DNA from: Candidatus Dadabacteria bacterium
GTDB taxonomy: Bacteria > Desulfobacterota_D > UBA1144 > Nemesobacterales > CSP1-2
Assembly: GCA_963805855.1 (NCBI GenBank)
Contig: CAWDVW010000007.1
Span: forward strand, 480,001-544,000
DNA length: 64,000 bases
Direction of reading: 5' to 3'
In this document: in pieces, positions 40,943-51,995 of the stretch
Layout: each line of letters starts with the position of its first letter
Numbering within the stretch: the first letter of the stretch is position 1
Program-made: the position numbers and the translations under genes
Notes under the pieces: model-generated
Seen by the model: only the letters and a program-made list of their open reading frames with translations
What the model was told of the DNA's origin: nothing
Databases searched by the model: none

Positions 40943-40977
40943 CGAATTCAAGCCCTTCTTTCATGCCCTTAAAAAGC

Positions 40978-41160
40978 TTAGACTTCTGGTTCTTTTTTAA
41001 ATGTCCTTCCTTTATAGAAGCCACAGCTTTTACAGATCCTATGCGGCGATTTCATTTCACCACAATTTGGGCAAATTGACAAACCCGGACGCGTGAGCTT
41101 ATAATGAGTTCTGCGTTTTGCAGATCTTGACTTAGAAATTTTTCTCTTCGGAAGTGCCAT
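40978..41160 (-). CDS. rpmF: 50S ribosomal protein L32
   Basis: [17 protein letters not shown]...[12 protein letters not shown]. Confidence 0.97.
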   Translation of the reverse strand: MALPKRKISKSRSAKRRTHYKLTRPGLSICPNCGEMKSPHRICKSCGFYKGRTFKKEPEV

Positions 41161-41176
41161 CTGATTTCTCCAAGGT

Positions 41177-41692
41177 TTATAATTTTACGTTTCTGAGAAC
41201 AGCAAGCTTTGGGTCGATCCATTCATCCTCGCAGGAGCAAGTGGCTGAATTGAGGTTTACACCGCAATTTTGACAAAGACCGCGGCACCGTTCGCCGCAC
41301 AATACCTTCACGGGTAGCGACATTGCGATTATTTCTCTAAGGTACCCACCGATATCAATGTCATTTCCATCATAACTCTCATAATCCCCGATCTCATCCC
41401 CTTCAATCTCAGATCTGTGTGGCAGGAGAGTTAAATTTATCTCCGATTCAAGATTGGACTCAACAGGATCGAGGCATCTTGAACATGGAGAAACTATAGA
41501 AAAACTGACATTTCCCTGTACATGAATTTCATTTAGCACCTTTGAGACATAGAGACAAATCTCATAATCTGAAGATATGCGCATTCCTCCCTTACCCGAG
41601 ACTATATCAGGCGCGTTTACCAACCAGTTAGGCTCTTTAGATAGATTTAGACTTAATCCATCGTTACCAATATCAGAAACCTTAATTTCCAT
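41177..41692 (-). CDS. DUF177 / YceD family protein
   Basis: CSRCL, C...[13 protein letters not shown]...CSC, DPKLAVL; canonical position upstream of rpmF. Confidence 0.92.
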   Translation of the reverse strand: MEIKVSDIGNDGLSLNLSKEPNWLVNAPDIVSGKGGMRISSDYEICLYVSKVLNEIHVQGNVSFSIVSPCSRCLDPVESNLESEINLTLLPHRSEIEGDEIGDYESYDGNDIDIGGYLREIIAMSLPVKVLCGERCRGLCQNCGVNLNSATCSCEDEWIDPKLAVLRNVKL

Positions 41693-41770
41693 CTTGTATT
41701 ATGCTCTAAAGATTAAATATAAAATAATAATATAGCTTTCGGTATTTTCAAGTGTATAGTGAATAAATTA

Positions 41771-42739
41771 CTAAGCCATGTGACAAGAAACCATATGGCC
41801 ACCGCCTGCATCACGCAGGACTGGCTCCTCGTGTTTACACTTCTCTATAGCAATCGGGCAACGTGGATGAAAACTGCACCCGGAAGGGGGGTTTATCGGA
41901 TTTGGCACATCTCCTGAAAGGGTTATCCTTTTTCTTTTTGTCTTAGGATCAGGCAAAGGCACAGAGGAGAGTATAACCTTTGTATAGGGATGTAACGGAT
42001 TCTTGTAAAGCTCTTCGCTTCTTGCCAGTTCCACTATTTTGCCAAGATACATCACAGCGACCCTATTGCTAATGTGTTTTATTATCCTAAGGTCATGAGA
42101 TATGAATAGATAAGTAAGATTAAACTTTTCCTGTAGGGATATAAGGAGGTTTATAATCTGTGCCTGTACTGAGACATCGAGCGCGGAGACAGGTTCGTCG
42201 CAGACGATAAATCTAGGTCGTACCGCAAGCGTGCGTGCAATGGCTATCCTCTGACGTTGCCCGCCGCTGAATTCGTGTGGATAGCGTGTAAGCGCGTCTT
42301 GCTTCAGACCCACTATCTCGATGAGTCGTTTGGTCTCGTCCTTAAAGGATTTTGTAATATCTATACCATGAATAAGTATCCCTTCGCCGACTATGCTTTC
42401 GACCTTCATTCTAGGATTTAGCGAGCCATATGGATCCTGAAAGATTATCTGTACATACCGCCTTAGATGACGCATTTTCGCAGTATTGTATTCCGTTATA
42501 TCGTCACCATCATAGAATATGCGACCTTCAGTGGGCTCTATTAGTTTTATAATTGTCTTACCCAGAGTAGTCTTTCCGCATCCACTCTCACCTACAAGTC
42601 CGAGGGTTTCACCTTTGTAGATATCGAGATCAATTCCATCAACGGCTCTGACAAAATTACCCTTGCCTGAAAATATTCCGGTCCTAACCGGGAAGTACTT
42701 TTTTAGTTTGTCCAGTCTTAAAAGCGCAGGAATATCCAT
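41771..42739 (-). CDS. Oligopeptide ABC transporter ATP-binding protein (OppF-like)
   Basis: GESGCGKT, YPHEFSGGQRQR, DEPVSALD, C-terminal Cys motif. Confidence 0.94.
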   Translation of the reverse strand: MDIPALLRLDKLKKYFPVRTGIFSGKGNFVRAVDGIDLDIYKGETLGLVGESGCGKTTLGKTIIKLIEPTEGRIFYDGDDITEYNTAKMRHLRRYVQIIFQDPYGSLNPRMKVESIVGEGILIHGIDITKSFKDETKRLIEIVGLKQDALTRYPHEFSGGQRQRIAIARTLAVRPRFIVCDEPVSALDVSVQAQIINLLISLQEKFNLTYLFISHDLRIIKHISNRVAVMYLGKIVELARSEELYKNPLHPYTKVILSSVPLPDPKTKRKRITLSGDVPNPINPPSGCSFHPRCPIAIEKCKHEEPVLRDAGGGHMVSCHMA

Positions 42740-43723
42740 TTATAGACCTTCGATCAATTCTTCGGACCTAAAACATGCCGCATAATGCATTTTATTTACT
42801 TGTTTAAGGGGAGGTTCATTGATCCTACATTTATCTATCACGTACGGACATCTATCTTGGAACCTACACGCCGATGAGAATTCATTTGGGCTCGGTATCG
42901 TACCTGGGATCGCGTTTAGTTTTTGCTTTTGGTCATTCAAGCGCGGGATAGAGTTCATCAGCCCTATTGTATAAGGATGCGATGGTGAATCAAACAGATC
43001 AATTACAGAAGCATGCTCAACGATCTTCCCAGCGTACATAACATAAACATAATCGGCAACCTCCGCAATAATTCCAAGATCGTGAGTTATCAACAGAACA
43101 GACATACCCATCTTTTCTTTGAGCTCATCTATCAATTCAAGAATTCCGGCTTGAATCGTTACGTCGAGCGCAGTAGTGGGTTCATCAGCGATGAGAAGCT
43201 GTGGATGACACGCAAGAGCCATGGCAATCATAACTCTTTGACACATCCCGCCACTCAACTCATGCGGGTAGCTATTCAATCTTTTCTCGGGCGCCGGTAT
43301 ACCGACAAGCTTCAGCAGCTCAATTACGCGTCCTCTTTCTTCCTTTTTTGATAACTTAAGATGGGTCCTTATAGCTTCACCAATCTGATCACTCACCGGG
43401 AAAACAGGGTTAAGGGAGCTTATCGGCTCCTGGAAGATCATGGAAATTCTATTTCCCCGTAGAGCCCTAATGTCTCTTTCCGATAGCTCTAACAGATTTA
43501 CCCCATCAAAGGTTATCTCTCCTCCGGTAATTTTGCCAGGGGGGTCGGGTATTAACCTCATGATTGAAAGAGCAGTTACCGTCTTACCGCAACCACTTTC
43601 TCCCACTACCCCTACAATCTTACCCTCTGGTATACGGAGTGAAACGCCGCTCACAACCTCCACTTTGCTTTTTCTGGTTCCGAATGAAACCTTCAGGCCT
43701 TTTATTTCGAGTGCATTCTTCAT
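42740..43723 (-). CDS. Oligopeptide ABC transporter ATP-binding protein (OppD-like)
   Basis: GESGCGKT, YPHELSGGMCQR, DEPTTALDVTIQA. Confidence 0.94.
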   Translation of the reverse strand: MKNALEIKGLKVSFGTRKSKVEVVSGVSLRIPEGKIVGVVGESGCGKTVTALSIMRLIPDPPGKITGGEITFDGVNLLELSERDIRALRGNRISMIFQEPISSLNPVFPVSDQIGEAIRTHLKLSKKEERGRVIELLKLVGIPAPEKRLNSYPHELSGGMCQRVMIAMALACHPQLLIADEPTTALDVTIQAGILELIDELKEKMGMSVLLITHDLGIIAEVADYVYVMYAGKIVEHASVIDLFDSPSHPYTIGLMNSIPRLNDQKQKLNAIPGTIPSPNEFSSACRFQDRCPYVIDKCRINEPPLKQVNKMHYAACFRSEELIEGL

Positions 43724-43757
43724 ATCAAGCTATAAAACCGATTCCCATGCCATTAAT

Positions 43758-44753
43758 TTATCTTATTTTTGGGTCGATGGCATTCCTAAAACCTTCTCCA
43801 ACCAGATTGAACGAAGTTACAGTAAGAAAAATAGCTGCGCCGGGAAATAGGACAAGCCACCACGCAAAGTCCACATATTTCTTCGATTGTGATAAAACAT
43901 CCCCCCAGCTCGGGGTAGGCGGAGGGACGCCGAATCCCAGAAAGCTGAGAGCCGATTCGACCAAAATCGCTCCTGCTATACCAAAAGTTGCGGCAACAAG
44001 CACCGGTGCTAATGCATTCGGCAACATATGCTTTAACATAACACGAAAATCGCTGCCCCCGAGAGCTATTGCAGCCTCAACATAATCGAACTTCCTCAAC
44101 TTTAAGAAATCGCCTCTTACCAACCGCGCAATTCCAGTCCAACCGGTTGCACCAATCACTATCATTATATTGTAGATGCTCGGATCCCTGAATGCTAGAA
44201 TGGTCAGGATTAGAAAAAAGACCGGGAATGTCATCATGATTTCAAATAGCCTTGAAATTATAAAATCAATCTTGCCTCCGTAAAAACCGGCTATGCCCCC
44301 TAACACAATACCAATAAAAGCAGCGATCCCAATAGCTATAAACCCGATGGAGAGCGATATCCTCGTTCCGTGTATCATCCTGCTAAGCACGTCACGACCC
44401 CTATCATCGGTCCCGAATAGATGAGACATCGACGGAGGTGAAAGTACAGAAAAAAGATCAGTTTGTGTCGGGCTATATTTTATCGGTGGAAATATGGCAA
44501 ATTCTCCTCGGCCGAGATTCTTGGTAACTTTCTCGAAATCAACACCGTAGAGCTCCCGATAATCGAACAACACCGGGAAATAACTTTTGCCGTTCCACCT
44601 GAGAAATATGGGCCTGTTTCCCGCTAAAACATTGTCGCAAATTGCAGTTGCTAATAGAAACAATATTATGATGAAACCGGCCAAAGCAAGCCTGTCTTTT
44701 TTGAATTCTGTCCACGCTGTACCCCAAAATCCAATACTCTTACTCATATTCAT
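43758..44753 (-). CDS. Oligopeptide ABC transporter permease (OppC-like)
   Basis: HLFGTDDRGRDV, YVEAAIALG, ESALSFLGFG. Confidence 0.94.
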   Translation of the reverse strand: MNMSKSIGFWGTAWTEFKKDRLALAGFIIILFLLATAICDNVLAGNRPIFLRWNGKSYFPVLFDYRELYGVDFEKVTKNLGRGEFAIFPPIKYSPTQTDLFSVLSPPSMSHLFGTDDRGRDVLSRMIHGTRISLSIGFIAIGIAAFIGIVLGGIAGFYGGKIDFIISRLFEIMMTFPVFFLILTILAFRDPSIYNIMIVIGATGWTGIARLVRGDFLKLRKFDYVEAAIALGGSDFRVMLKHMLPNALAPVLVAATFGIAGAILVESALSFLGFGVPPPTPSWGDVLSQSKKYVDFAWWLVLFPGAAIFLTVTSFNLVGEGFRNAIDPKIR

Positions 44754-45751
44754 CTTTTACCTTCAAAGCTTATTCTTGGGTCAACAAATACATAGGCTAT
44801 ATCCGATATAAAGATTCCGATCAGTGTAAGAAATGCAGTTATTGTTGCAATAGCCATGATTACGGGATAGTCTCTCGAGAGAATTGATTCGAAACCCAAC
44901 TGTCCAATCCCGGGGATAGAGAATATGCTTTCAATTATCACGCTCCCACCAATCATCGCGGGAAGAATGGACGCAACTATGGTAACAATGGGTATTAATG
45001 AGTTTCTAAGCGCGTGCTTCAGTATCACTCTGGATTCAGATAGGCCTTTAGCCCTAGCAGTCCTGACGAAGTCCTCACGAAGTACCTCAAGCAAACTCCC
45101 TTTTTGATACCTCGAAAGATATGCGAAGTCCGCATATGTCAGGCAAATCACTGGTAATGTAATATGCCAGAGAAAATTTAGGGCAATTTTGTAAAATGGA
45201 TAATATTCGGCTCCGGGTGAAATTATCCCGTACACCGGGAAGACATCCCAAAAGTCTCCACCTCCTAGAAAGTATATTAAGACCATCGCAAGCCAAAAAT
45301 TTGGAATCGAATAAAGAGCAAATAAGCAAAACGTTATAATTCGATCTGAAAACCTTCCCTGTCTAATTGCCGAAATAACACCCAGGGGAATAGCAATCAT
45401 ATAGACGATTATGATCGAAATGACATTTAACGAAAGAGTGACCGGGAGTCTCTCGGCTATTTTATCGATTACAGGACGATGATCCTTATAAGATCGACCG
45501 AAATTCAACGTGGCTATTTGACGTAGCCATATCCAATAACGAATGTATATTGGTTTATCTAGACCGTACAATTTCTTGGTCTGTTCTATGATGTCCTTTG
45601 TAATGGATCCTGCTTTTATCCCCTCTTCAAGCTGTAATTTTCTTTCGACTGGGCTTCCGGGGGCAAGCTGAATTACTAAAAATGTTATTAAAGTGATCCC
45701 TAAAAGCGTTGGAACTAACAGAATCAACCGCTTAATTACATAGTCTCTCAT
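44750..45751 (-). CDS. Oligopeptide ABC transporter permease (OppB-like)
   Basis: YGLDKPIY, FVRTARAKGL, HALRNSLIP, RDYP, VDPRI. Confidence 0.94.
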   Translation of the reverse strand: MRDYVIKRLILLVPTLLGITLITFLVIQLAPGSPVERKLQLEEGIKAGSITKDIIEQTKKLYGLDKPIYIRYWIWLRQIATLNFGRSYKDHRPVIDKIAERLPVTLSLNVISIIIVYMIAIPLGVISAIRQGRFSDRIITFCLFALYSIPNFWLAMVLIYFLGGGDFWDVFPVYGIISPGAEYYPFYKIALNFLWHITLPVICLTYADFAYLSRYQKGSLLEVLREDFVRTARAKGLSESRVILKHALRNSLIPIVTIVASILPAMIGGSVIIESIFSIPGIGQLGFESILSRDYPVIMAIATITAFLTLIGIFISDIAYVFVDPRISFEGKR

Positions 45752-45829
45752 GATTTAACATATGGTGTAAAATAACCAGTCATAGTGTTAGTTTTAAACT
45801 GATAATCCGAAAATTAACGATTTAAGGGG

Positions 45830-47494
45830 TCAGGGACTCAATGCCGCTTCTTGCTCGTATTTTCTCAATAGCGGTGGAACAAACCACTCGCGTGGCTCTA
45901 AACCGAGTGGATAGACTACCACACCTTTGAATCTCTTGTTTAATGCTACGGTTGACTTTCGACAAAAGAGAAAGGTGTAAGGTTGTTCTTCATGTACTAT
46001 TTTGGAAAACTTTCTGTACAGCTCAATTCGTTTATCTCTATTAAATTCCGTCCTAGCCTCATCAATTAATCTGTCAGCCTCTTTGTTGCTAAATCCGACA
46101 AAATTAGAACCTTGCTCGAGCTGAGAAGAATGCCAGATCTGATATGGATCAGTCTCAACCCCCATCGACCAACCAAGCGTTACCGCATCAAATTTTCTTT
46201 CATTGAGACGCGTTGTAAAAACCGCCCACTCGGTGTTTCTGATATTCATAAGTATTCCGACCTTATCGAGTTCTTCTTTCAATATCGTAGAAATCTTATC
46301 ACCTGTTTCGGAACCATTTGGGATGAGGAATTCAAATTCAAATTTCACACCATCTTTATCTCTAATTCCGTCGCCGTTGTGATCGACCCAACCCGCCTGA
46401 TCTAACAATGCTTTTGCCTTTCCGGGATCGTAACTATATGGCTCTATTGTTTTGTCATATTCCGGGCTATTAATATAGAAGGGATTAGTAACTATCGTAC
46501 CAAGATTAAATAGGATCTTCTCGAGTATTAGTTCCCTATTTACCAGATGAGACATTGCAATGCGAACACGCGTATCGGAGAAATAGGGCCTTCTAGTATT
46601 CCATCCGATGTAACTGTAGTTAGGGGTAAAATAACTTAACTTATTGAACTTCCTTTTGAAATTTTCTGAATCGCTCTGCCTCGACCACTGTATTGGTGTA
46701 AGAGCCATTAAGTCTAGCTCCTCTCTTTTTAATACCTGAAAAGCGACAGTCGGATCATTAATTATCCTAAAAACAATCCTGTCAAGATGAGGTTTTTCCC
46801 CCCAGTAACCCTGATTCTTTTGCAGTACGATTTCCCTGCCCGTGTTCCAGTTGACAAACTTGTACGGTCCTGTTCCAACCGGGCGTCGTCCAGCCTCGTT
46901 AGTATTAAAATCACCCTTTTCGAATATATGTTTTGGCACAATTGGCATACCTCCGCAGAACTCGAGTGCGAGGAAGTAGGGCCTTGAATACGTAAATTTT
47001 ACTGTCAGCTCATCGACGGCGTCTACACTTTTGATATCCTTATAGTAGTTTCTGAGGTGGGGGGCATCAACTTTAGGATCCATTATTTTTGAGTAGGAGA
47101 AAACAACATCTTGCGAAGTGAATGGAACGCCATCCTGCCATTTTATTCCCTTTCTAATATAAAACGTGTAGGTAAGTTTATCATCGGAAATCTTCCAAGA
47201 TTCTGCAAGGAGCGGAACTATGTCAAGGGTTGCGTTATCCCTCTTTACAAGTGTCTCATAAATATTTCCACTATTAATCATCGACTCATATACGTCTGTA
47301 GCGGTAATCGGATTCAGCGTTGCGGGTTCTGCACCGATATGATAGATCAGCCAATCACCTTCAAATGGTTGTGTTTCCATACTAACCTGGACTTTGTTAC
47401 TTTTCGATTCAGGCTGATCACTTCCGCTCTTACATGAGGTTAGAAAAAGGGGTATAAAAAAGGGCAAGATCAGAATGATCAAATTCTTTTTCAT
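45830..47494 (-). CDS. Peptide ABC transporter substrate-binding lipoprotein (family 5)
   Basis: Lipobox LTSC; PLLAESW, KWQDGVPFTSQDV, PVGTGPYKF. Confidence 0.94.
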   Translation of the reverse strand: MKKNLIILILPFFIPLFLTSCKSGSDQPESKSNKVQVSMETQPFEGDWLIYHIGAEPATLNPITATDVYESMINSGNIYETLVKRDNATLDIVPLLAESWKISDDKLTYTFYIRKGIKWQDGVPFTSQDVVFSYSKIMDPKVDAPHLRNYYKDIKSVDAVDELTVKFTYSRPYFLALEFCGGMPIVPKHIFEKGDFNTNEAGRRPVGTGPYKFVNWNTGREIVLQKNQGYWGEKPHLDRIVFRIINDPTVAFQVLKREELDLMALTPIQWSRQSDSENFKRKFNKLSYFTPNYSYIGWNTRRPYFSDTRVRIAMSHLVNRELILEKILFNLGTIVTNPFYINSPEYDKTIEPYSYDPGKAKALLDQAGWVDHNGDGIRDKDGVKFEFEFLIPNGSETGDKISTILKEELDKVGILMNIRNTEWAVFTTRLNERKFDAVTLGWSMGVETDPYQIWHSSQLEQGSNFVGFSNKEADRLIDEARTEFNRDKRIELYRKFSKIVHEEQPYTFLFCRKSTVALNKRFKGVVVYPLGLEPREWFVPPLLRKYEQEAALSP

Positions 47495-47526
47495 TTAGAT
47501 AGCTTGGTTAGTATGAGGCCTAAGAC

Positions 47527-48279
47527 TCATTCACTTCCTGAAGCCTTTTCGTAAAACGGCTTTAAAAGATCCAGTGGCAGTGGAAATACTATCGTCGAAC
47601 TCTTTTCGGACGAAACTTCAACCAAGGTCTGGAGGAATCTAAGCTGTAGCGCCATAGGGCTCTTTGCTAGAATATCAGCAGCATTTGATAGTTTTGTTGC
47701 TGCCTGATATTCACCTTCCGCATTAATAACCTTGGCCCTTCTTTCTCTCTCAGCTATGGCCTGGCCGGCTATTGCACGCTGCATCTCCTGTGGAAGGTCA
47801 ACGTATTTCACTTCAACAAGCGTCACTTTTATACCCCATGGATCGGTGTGCTTATCTAATACCTCCTGGAGCTGGACATTTAATTTTTCCCTTTCTGACA
47901 GGAGTTCGTCTAATTCAACCTGTCCCAATATGCTTCTCAATGTAGTTTGGGAAAGCTGGGATGTTGCATAGAGATAATTTTCGACCTGAATTACCGCTTT
48001 AACAGGGTCAATAACACGAAAATATACTACCGCATTAACCTTAACGGAAACGTTATCCCTCGTTATTATATCCTGGGGCGGAACGTCCATCGTGATTATC
48101 CGGAGACTAATCTTCAACATCTTATCTACACCAGGGATAATCCATCTAAAACCGGGCATTTTTGGGTCTATAATCCTACCAAGCCTAAATACGACTCCTC
48201 GTTCATATTCATTCAGAATTCTGATTCCTGAAAGAAAAAACAACACAATAAATGCAACAAAAATAAAAATAGGTGTCAT
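47527..48279 (-). CDS. SPFH/stomatin-like (slipin) protein
   Basis: [39 protein letters not shown]. Confidence 0.95.
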   Translation of the reverse strand: MTPIFIFVAFIVLFFLSGIRILNEYERGVVFRLGRIIDPKMPGFRWIIPGVDKMLKISLRIITMDVPPQDIITRDNVSVKVNAVVYFRVIDPVKAVIQVENYLYATSQLSQTTLRSILGQVELDELLSEREKLNVQLQEVLDKHTDPWGIKVTLVEVKYVDLPQEMQRAIAGQAIAERERRAKVINAEGEYQAATKLSNAADILAKSPMALQLRFLQTLVEVSSEKSSTIVFPLPLDLLKPFYEKASGSE

Positions 48280-48301
48280 GAGTACCTCCTCAAGAAAATA
48301 C

Positions 48302-49645
48302 TTACGCTTTCTTTACTCTTAGTTTGAATCCACCAATCTGTTCCACAACCTTTACCTTTTCCCCCTCCCTTATTGTTTCATCACTCTCCGCATCCCAGTA
48401 TTCACCATGAATAAATATCTTACCTTTATTTTCGATAGTCGTAACCGCCACTCCGACTTCTCCCATAAGACCCTCAAATCCAAGAGATATGGCGGCACGC
48501 TGGGATTTAACCACATAGTATGCTACGAAAGTAAAGAAAAGACCAATTGCTAAGCCCGCGGCAATTACTACATTAAATCCGACTCTCACGTCAGATTCTG
48601 GAGTATCAAAGAGCAGTAGGGCCCCAAGGATAAAGCTCAATATACCTCCGATAGCAAGTAACCCGTAGCTCGTGACATATACCTCGGTAATGAAAAGTAA
48701 AATCGATAGTGTCAGTAGGGCAAGGCCAGCGTAATTGAATGGAAGAATTTGAAGAGAGACAAGACCTAGTAACAGACATATCGCCCCTGCTACCCCCGGA
48801 AAGATCAAACCCGGATTATAAAATTCTATAAATAAGCCAAGCGACCCCAGGGAAATGAGTAGAAAAGCGATATCCGGAGTACTAAGTATATCAACTAATC
48901 TCTGCTTAGCATTCATATTAACCCTGTCTACCATTGCCCCTTTTGTATTTAATATCTTTTTGCCCGTTGGAAGAGTAACCTCTCTCCCATCAATCTCATT
49001 AATCAATTCATTTAAATTTGGAGAGATCAGGTCGATGACATCTTTCTTGAGTGCCTCAGTTGAGGTTATCGAAGCGCTACTTCTTACCGCATCTATCGCC
49101 CATTTAACATTTCTACCACGTTTCTCTGCTATACTTTCGATAAACGACGCGGCGAAATTCTCTATTTTTTCACTCATCTTCTTATCATTTCCGTTTTTTT
49201 CTTTGTCCTCATCCTTACTCTTCTGGCCGCCTCCACTAGGACCTAAGAATACTGGTGCCGCCGCGCCTATACTTGTGCCGTCTGCCATTGCCGCTATGTT
49301 GGCTGACAACGTTATAAAAACACCCGCAGAAGTTGCCGTAGCGCCGCTTGGATAAACATAGACTATTATAGGTACTGTTGAATTTAAGAGGGATTTTACT
49401 ATCTCTTTCGTAGAGGTGAGCAGTCCGCCAGGTGTATCAAGGAGAATGATCAACGCTTCAGATGAGTTTTCCTTGGCACTTTCCATACCTGATCGAATAT
49501 AATCAACCGTAGCAGGATTTATTGTTCCGTCGATTTCAATCAATGTTATTCTCTTTGCGCTTTTAACATCTGAATCCGAAAGGGCAGGATTGATCCCGGA
49601 GATGAGAATGTGTGAAAAAAAAATCAACAATAGATTAGCTACCAT
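48302..49645 (-). CDS. nfeD: NfeD-family membrane-bound serine protease (long form)
   Basis: [19 protein letters not shown] (ClpP-like domain), TM region, C-terminal OB fold HGEYWDA; adjacent to SPFH gene. Confidence 0.92.
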   Translation of the reverse strand: MVANLLLIFFSHILISGINPALSDSDVKSAKRITLIEIDGTINPATVDYIRSGMESAKENSSEALIILLDTPGGLLTSTKEIVKSLLNSTVPIIVYVYPSGATATSAGVFITLSANIAAMADGTSIGAAAPVFLGPSGGGQKSKDEDKEKNGNDKKMSEKIENFAASFIESIAEKRGRNVKWAIDAVRSSASITSTEALKKDVIDLISPNLNELINEIDGREVTLPTGKKILNTKGAMVDRVNMNAKQRLVDILSTPDIAFLLISLGSLGLFIEFYNPGLIFPGVAGAICLLLGLVSLQILPFNYAGLALLTLSILLFITEVYVTSYGLLAIGGILSFILGALLLFDTPESDVRVGFNVVIAAGLAIGLFFTFVAYYVVKSQRAAISLGFEGLMGEVGVAVTTIENKGKIFIHGEYWDAESDETIREGEKVKVVEQIGGFKLRVKKA

Positions 49646-49787
49646 ATCAGAGGTTCCTAATGATATTGTAGCTTTCTAATATGAAAACTGCAAATTGTCT
49701 GATCGCACTTAACTAACCGTGATAAAACCAAAAATCTAAATAGGAATCAAGCTTGTTTTTTCTTTTGTAGTTATTATAATTTCACGG

Positions 49788-50424
49788 ATGGCTAAAAAGG
49801 TAAAATTCACTCGGAAAGAAATAAAAAGCCCTGACGAATTTAGAAAATCTATCTCAAGTATAGTCGAATTCATATCGGATAACTATATTAAATTTGTCAT
49901 CGGCGTTGGCATCACCATAATAATCTTAGTAGCCATATTCTCAGTCAGCATTTATCGTGAAAATCAGGATCTAGAGGCTAACTCCAAGTTTCAAACTGCT
50001 CTTGGGCATTACACCGCCAGGGAACACCGAGACCGCTTTATCCGAATTTACAAGCATTATGGATAATTATCCCAATTCAAAGATATCTGACATCGCCCTC
50101 TACTGTATTGGACTCATAAATTTCGAGGATGGAAAGTATGATGAAGCCATTCTCAGACTAAATGAATTTTTAAGCATCGAAAATACTGATACTATATTGA
50201 AAGATGCGGCGAACTATACGATTGGTGTTGCCAACTTCAAGAAAGGTAGCTGGCAACCCGCAATTGATTCCTTTTCTAAGCTCAACTCAGATGAAAACCC
50301 TTATGCAAAACAGGCCCAACTACTTTTGGCCCTGGCATTGGAAAAACAGGGAAAACGAGTCGAGGCAGAGAAAATTTATCAAGAGGTCTTAACAGGTTTT
50401 TCGGCAAACAATTTTACGTTCTAA
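49788..50424 (+). pseudogene. Membrane-anchored TPR protein (YfgM-like), split by a +1 frameshift near 50019
   Basis: ORF 49788-50066 (N-terminal KSPDEF motif + TM helix) and ORF 50002-50424 (TPR-like helices) join as ...ALGHYTA-GNTETAL... if one base is removed from GCC-A-GGG-AAC. Confidence 0.7.
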
Positions 50425-50569
50425 CCTAAACGCAGCATTACTTTCGTATTGATGAGAATTCGTTGATCTGTTTTGGCTACTTAAGCAAGTTTGACATGAA
50501 TCGGGAGACAGATCTTGTCATTTTTTCTGCTTTGTTCGTCAGTAAGTAATTTTTGCGGAGGATCATGAG

Positions 50570-50929
50570 ATGATAGTTTTGGGTTCAATTTTGATTGGCT
50601 TAGTTGCAGGAATTGCAAGTGGCTTTTTCGGAATCGGTGGTGGACTCGTTATGGTCCCCGCAATTGTATATTTCTTTAAGCTTAGTCAACACCAGGCGCA
50701 GGGAATTTCCCTTGCAGTTCTTACTCCTCCTCTTCTATTGTTCGCAGCCATAAAATATTACAATGAATATAACATTGATTTGCGTATGGCATTATTCATT
50801 GCTCTGGGTTTTGTTGGAGCAGCTTATTTGGGAGCGAAATTGGTTACATATATCCCCGACCCACTCCTAAAGAGGTTATTCGGGGTATTGCTGCTTATAG
50901 TTTCTATAAAGATGATATTGGGAAAGTAA
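50570..50929 (+). CDS. TauE/SafE (TSUP) family membrane protein, short form
   Basis: GIASGFFGIGGGLVMVP, QHQAQGISLA, LKRLFG. Confidence 0.88.
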   Translation: MIVLGSILIGLVAGIASGFFGIGGGLVMVPAIVYFFKLSQHQAQGISLAVLTPPLLLFAAIKYYNEYNIDLRMALFIALGFVGAAYLGAKLVTYIPDPLLKRLFGVLLLIVSIKMILGK

Positions 50930-50985
50930 TTTATAAAATTAAAAATTATTTGTCACAACAATAAAAGAATATGAATATTTTTTGA

Positions 50986-51939
50986 TTATTTATTTTTTAA
51001 ATCTAAACCCTTCACTCTATAAAAGGCCTTAACCTCATCCATCAGTCTTTCCAAATCTTCAGGAAGACGACACCAATTGATCTCCTTGTCACTTTTAAGC
51101 CATGTCATCTGGCGCTTTGCAAGCCTTTTGGTGTCACGCTTTGTGAGCTCTATTGCCGTCTTAAGAGAAATCTTTTTGTCAAGATATTGGTTTACCTGCC
51201 TGTAACCTATCGACCGCAATGGCTTCAAAGTAGGTATAAATCCCATACTCCGAATCTTCTTTACTTCCTCGATAAACCCATTTCTGATCATCGAGTCCAC
51301 CCTGTCTTCTATCCTCCTTCTTATCGCATCTCTTTCGTCATAAAGACCTATCTTCAGATAACTGTAGTCATTATCCCGAAATCCATGCTTTTTCTGCAGA
51401 GTCGAAATCTTCTCCCCGGTTAGGTAATAAGATTCCAGGGCGCGTTCGATCCTCACATAATCATTCGAGTGAATTCCCAGCGCTGACTCCGGATCGAGCG
51501 ATTTTAATTTCTCATAAAAATATCCTACACCAAAAGAAGATTTTAGAATCCTGAACCTCTCCCTTATTTCTTTGTTGCTTGCGGCACCAGCAATCAGGCC
51601 GTGGAGAAGTACTCTCACATACAGATATGTGCCCCCCACCACAATAAGTTTAGTTCTATTGTTTGTCAGTTTGCGAATTACTGAATTTGCGTATTGTCTA
51701 AACAATCCGGCGTTAAATTCCTCGTCTGGATCTACAATATCGATTAGGTGGTGATCAACTTGGGTCTGATCTTCCTTGCTCGGCTTTGCTGTTCCTATAT
51801 CTAAGTAGCGATATACCTGCAGAGAGTCAGCACTTAAGATCGCCCCGCCTATTCTCTTTGCAATCTCTACGGCAAGACTGCTCTTACCTATTGCGGTGGG
51901 ACCCAATATTACCAGCAGCCTGGGTTTGTTGCTTGTCAC
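50986..51939 (-). CDS. miaA: tRNA dimethylallyltransferase
   Basis: GPTAIGKS, DSLQVYRYLDIGTAKP, VGGT, IGY, AKRQMTW. Confidence 0.96.
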   Translation of the reverse strand: MTSNKPRLLVILGPTAIGKSSLAVEIAKRIGGAILSADSLQVYRYLDIGTAKPSKEDQTQVDHHLIDIVDPDEEFNAGLFRQYANSVIRKLTNNRTKLIVVGGTYLYVRVLLHGLIAGAASNKEIRERFRILKSSFGVGYFYEKLKSLDPESALGIHSNDYVRIERALESYYLTGEKISTLQKKHGFRDNDYSYLKIGLYDERDAIRRRIEDRVDSMIRNGFIEEVKKIRSMGFIPTLKPLRSIGYRQVNQYLDKKISLKTAIELTKRDTKRLAKRQMTWLKSDKEINWCRLPEDLERLMDEVKAFYRVKGLDLKNK

Positions 51940-51995
51940 CGATGTTTGAGGTCAATGTCGTTTCTAATTTATCGTAAAATTAAATGCGTAATAGC

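Noticed and set aside
40343-40972. 209-aa plus-strand ORF
   Set aside because: Almost entirely antisense to fabD, with atypical composition and no domain.
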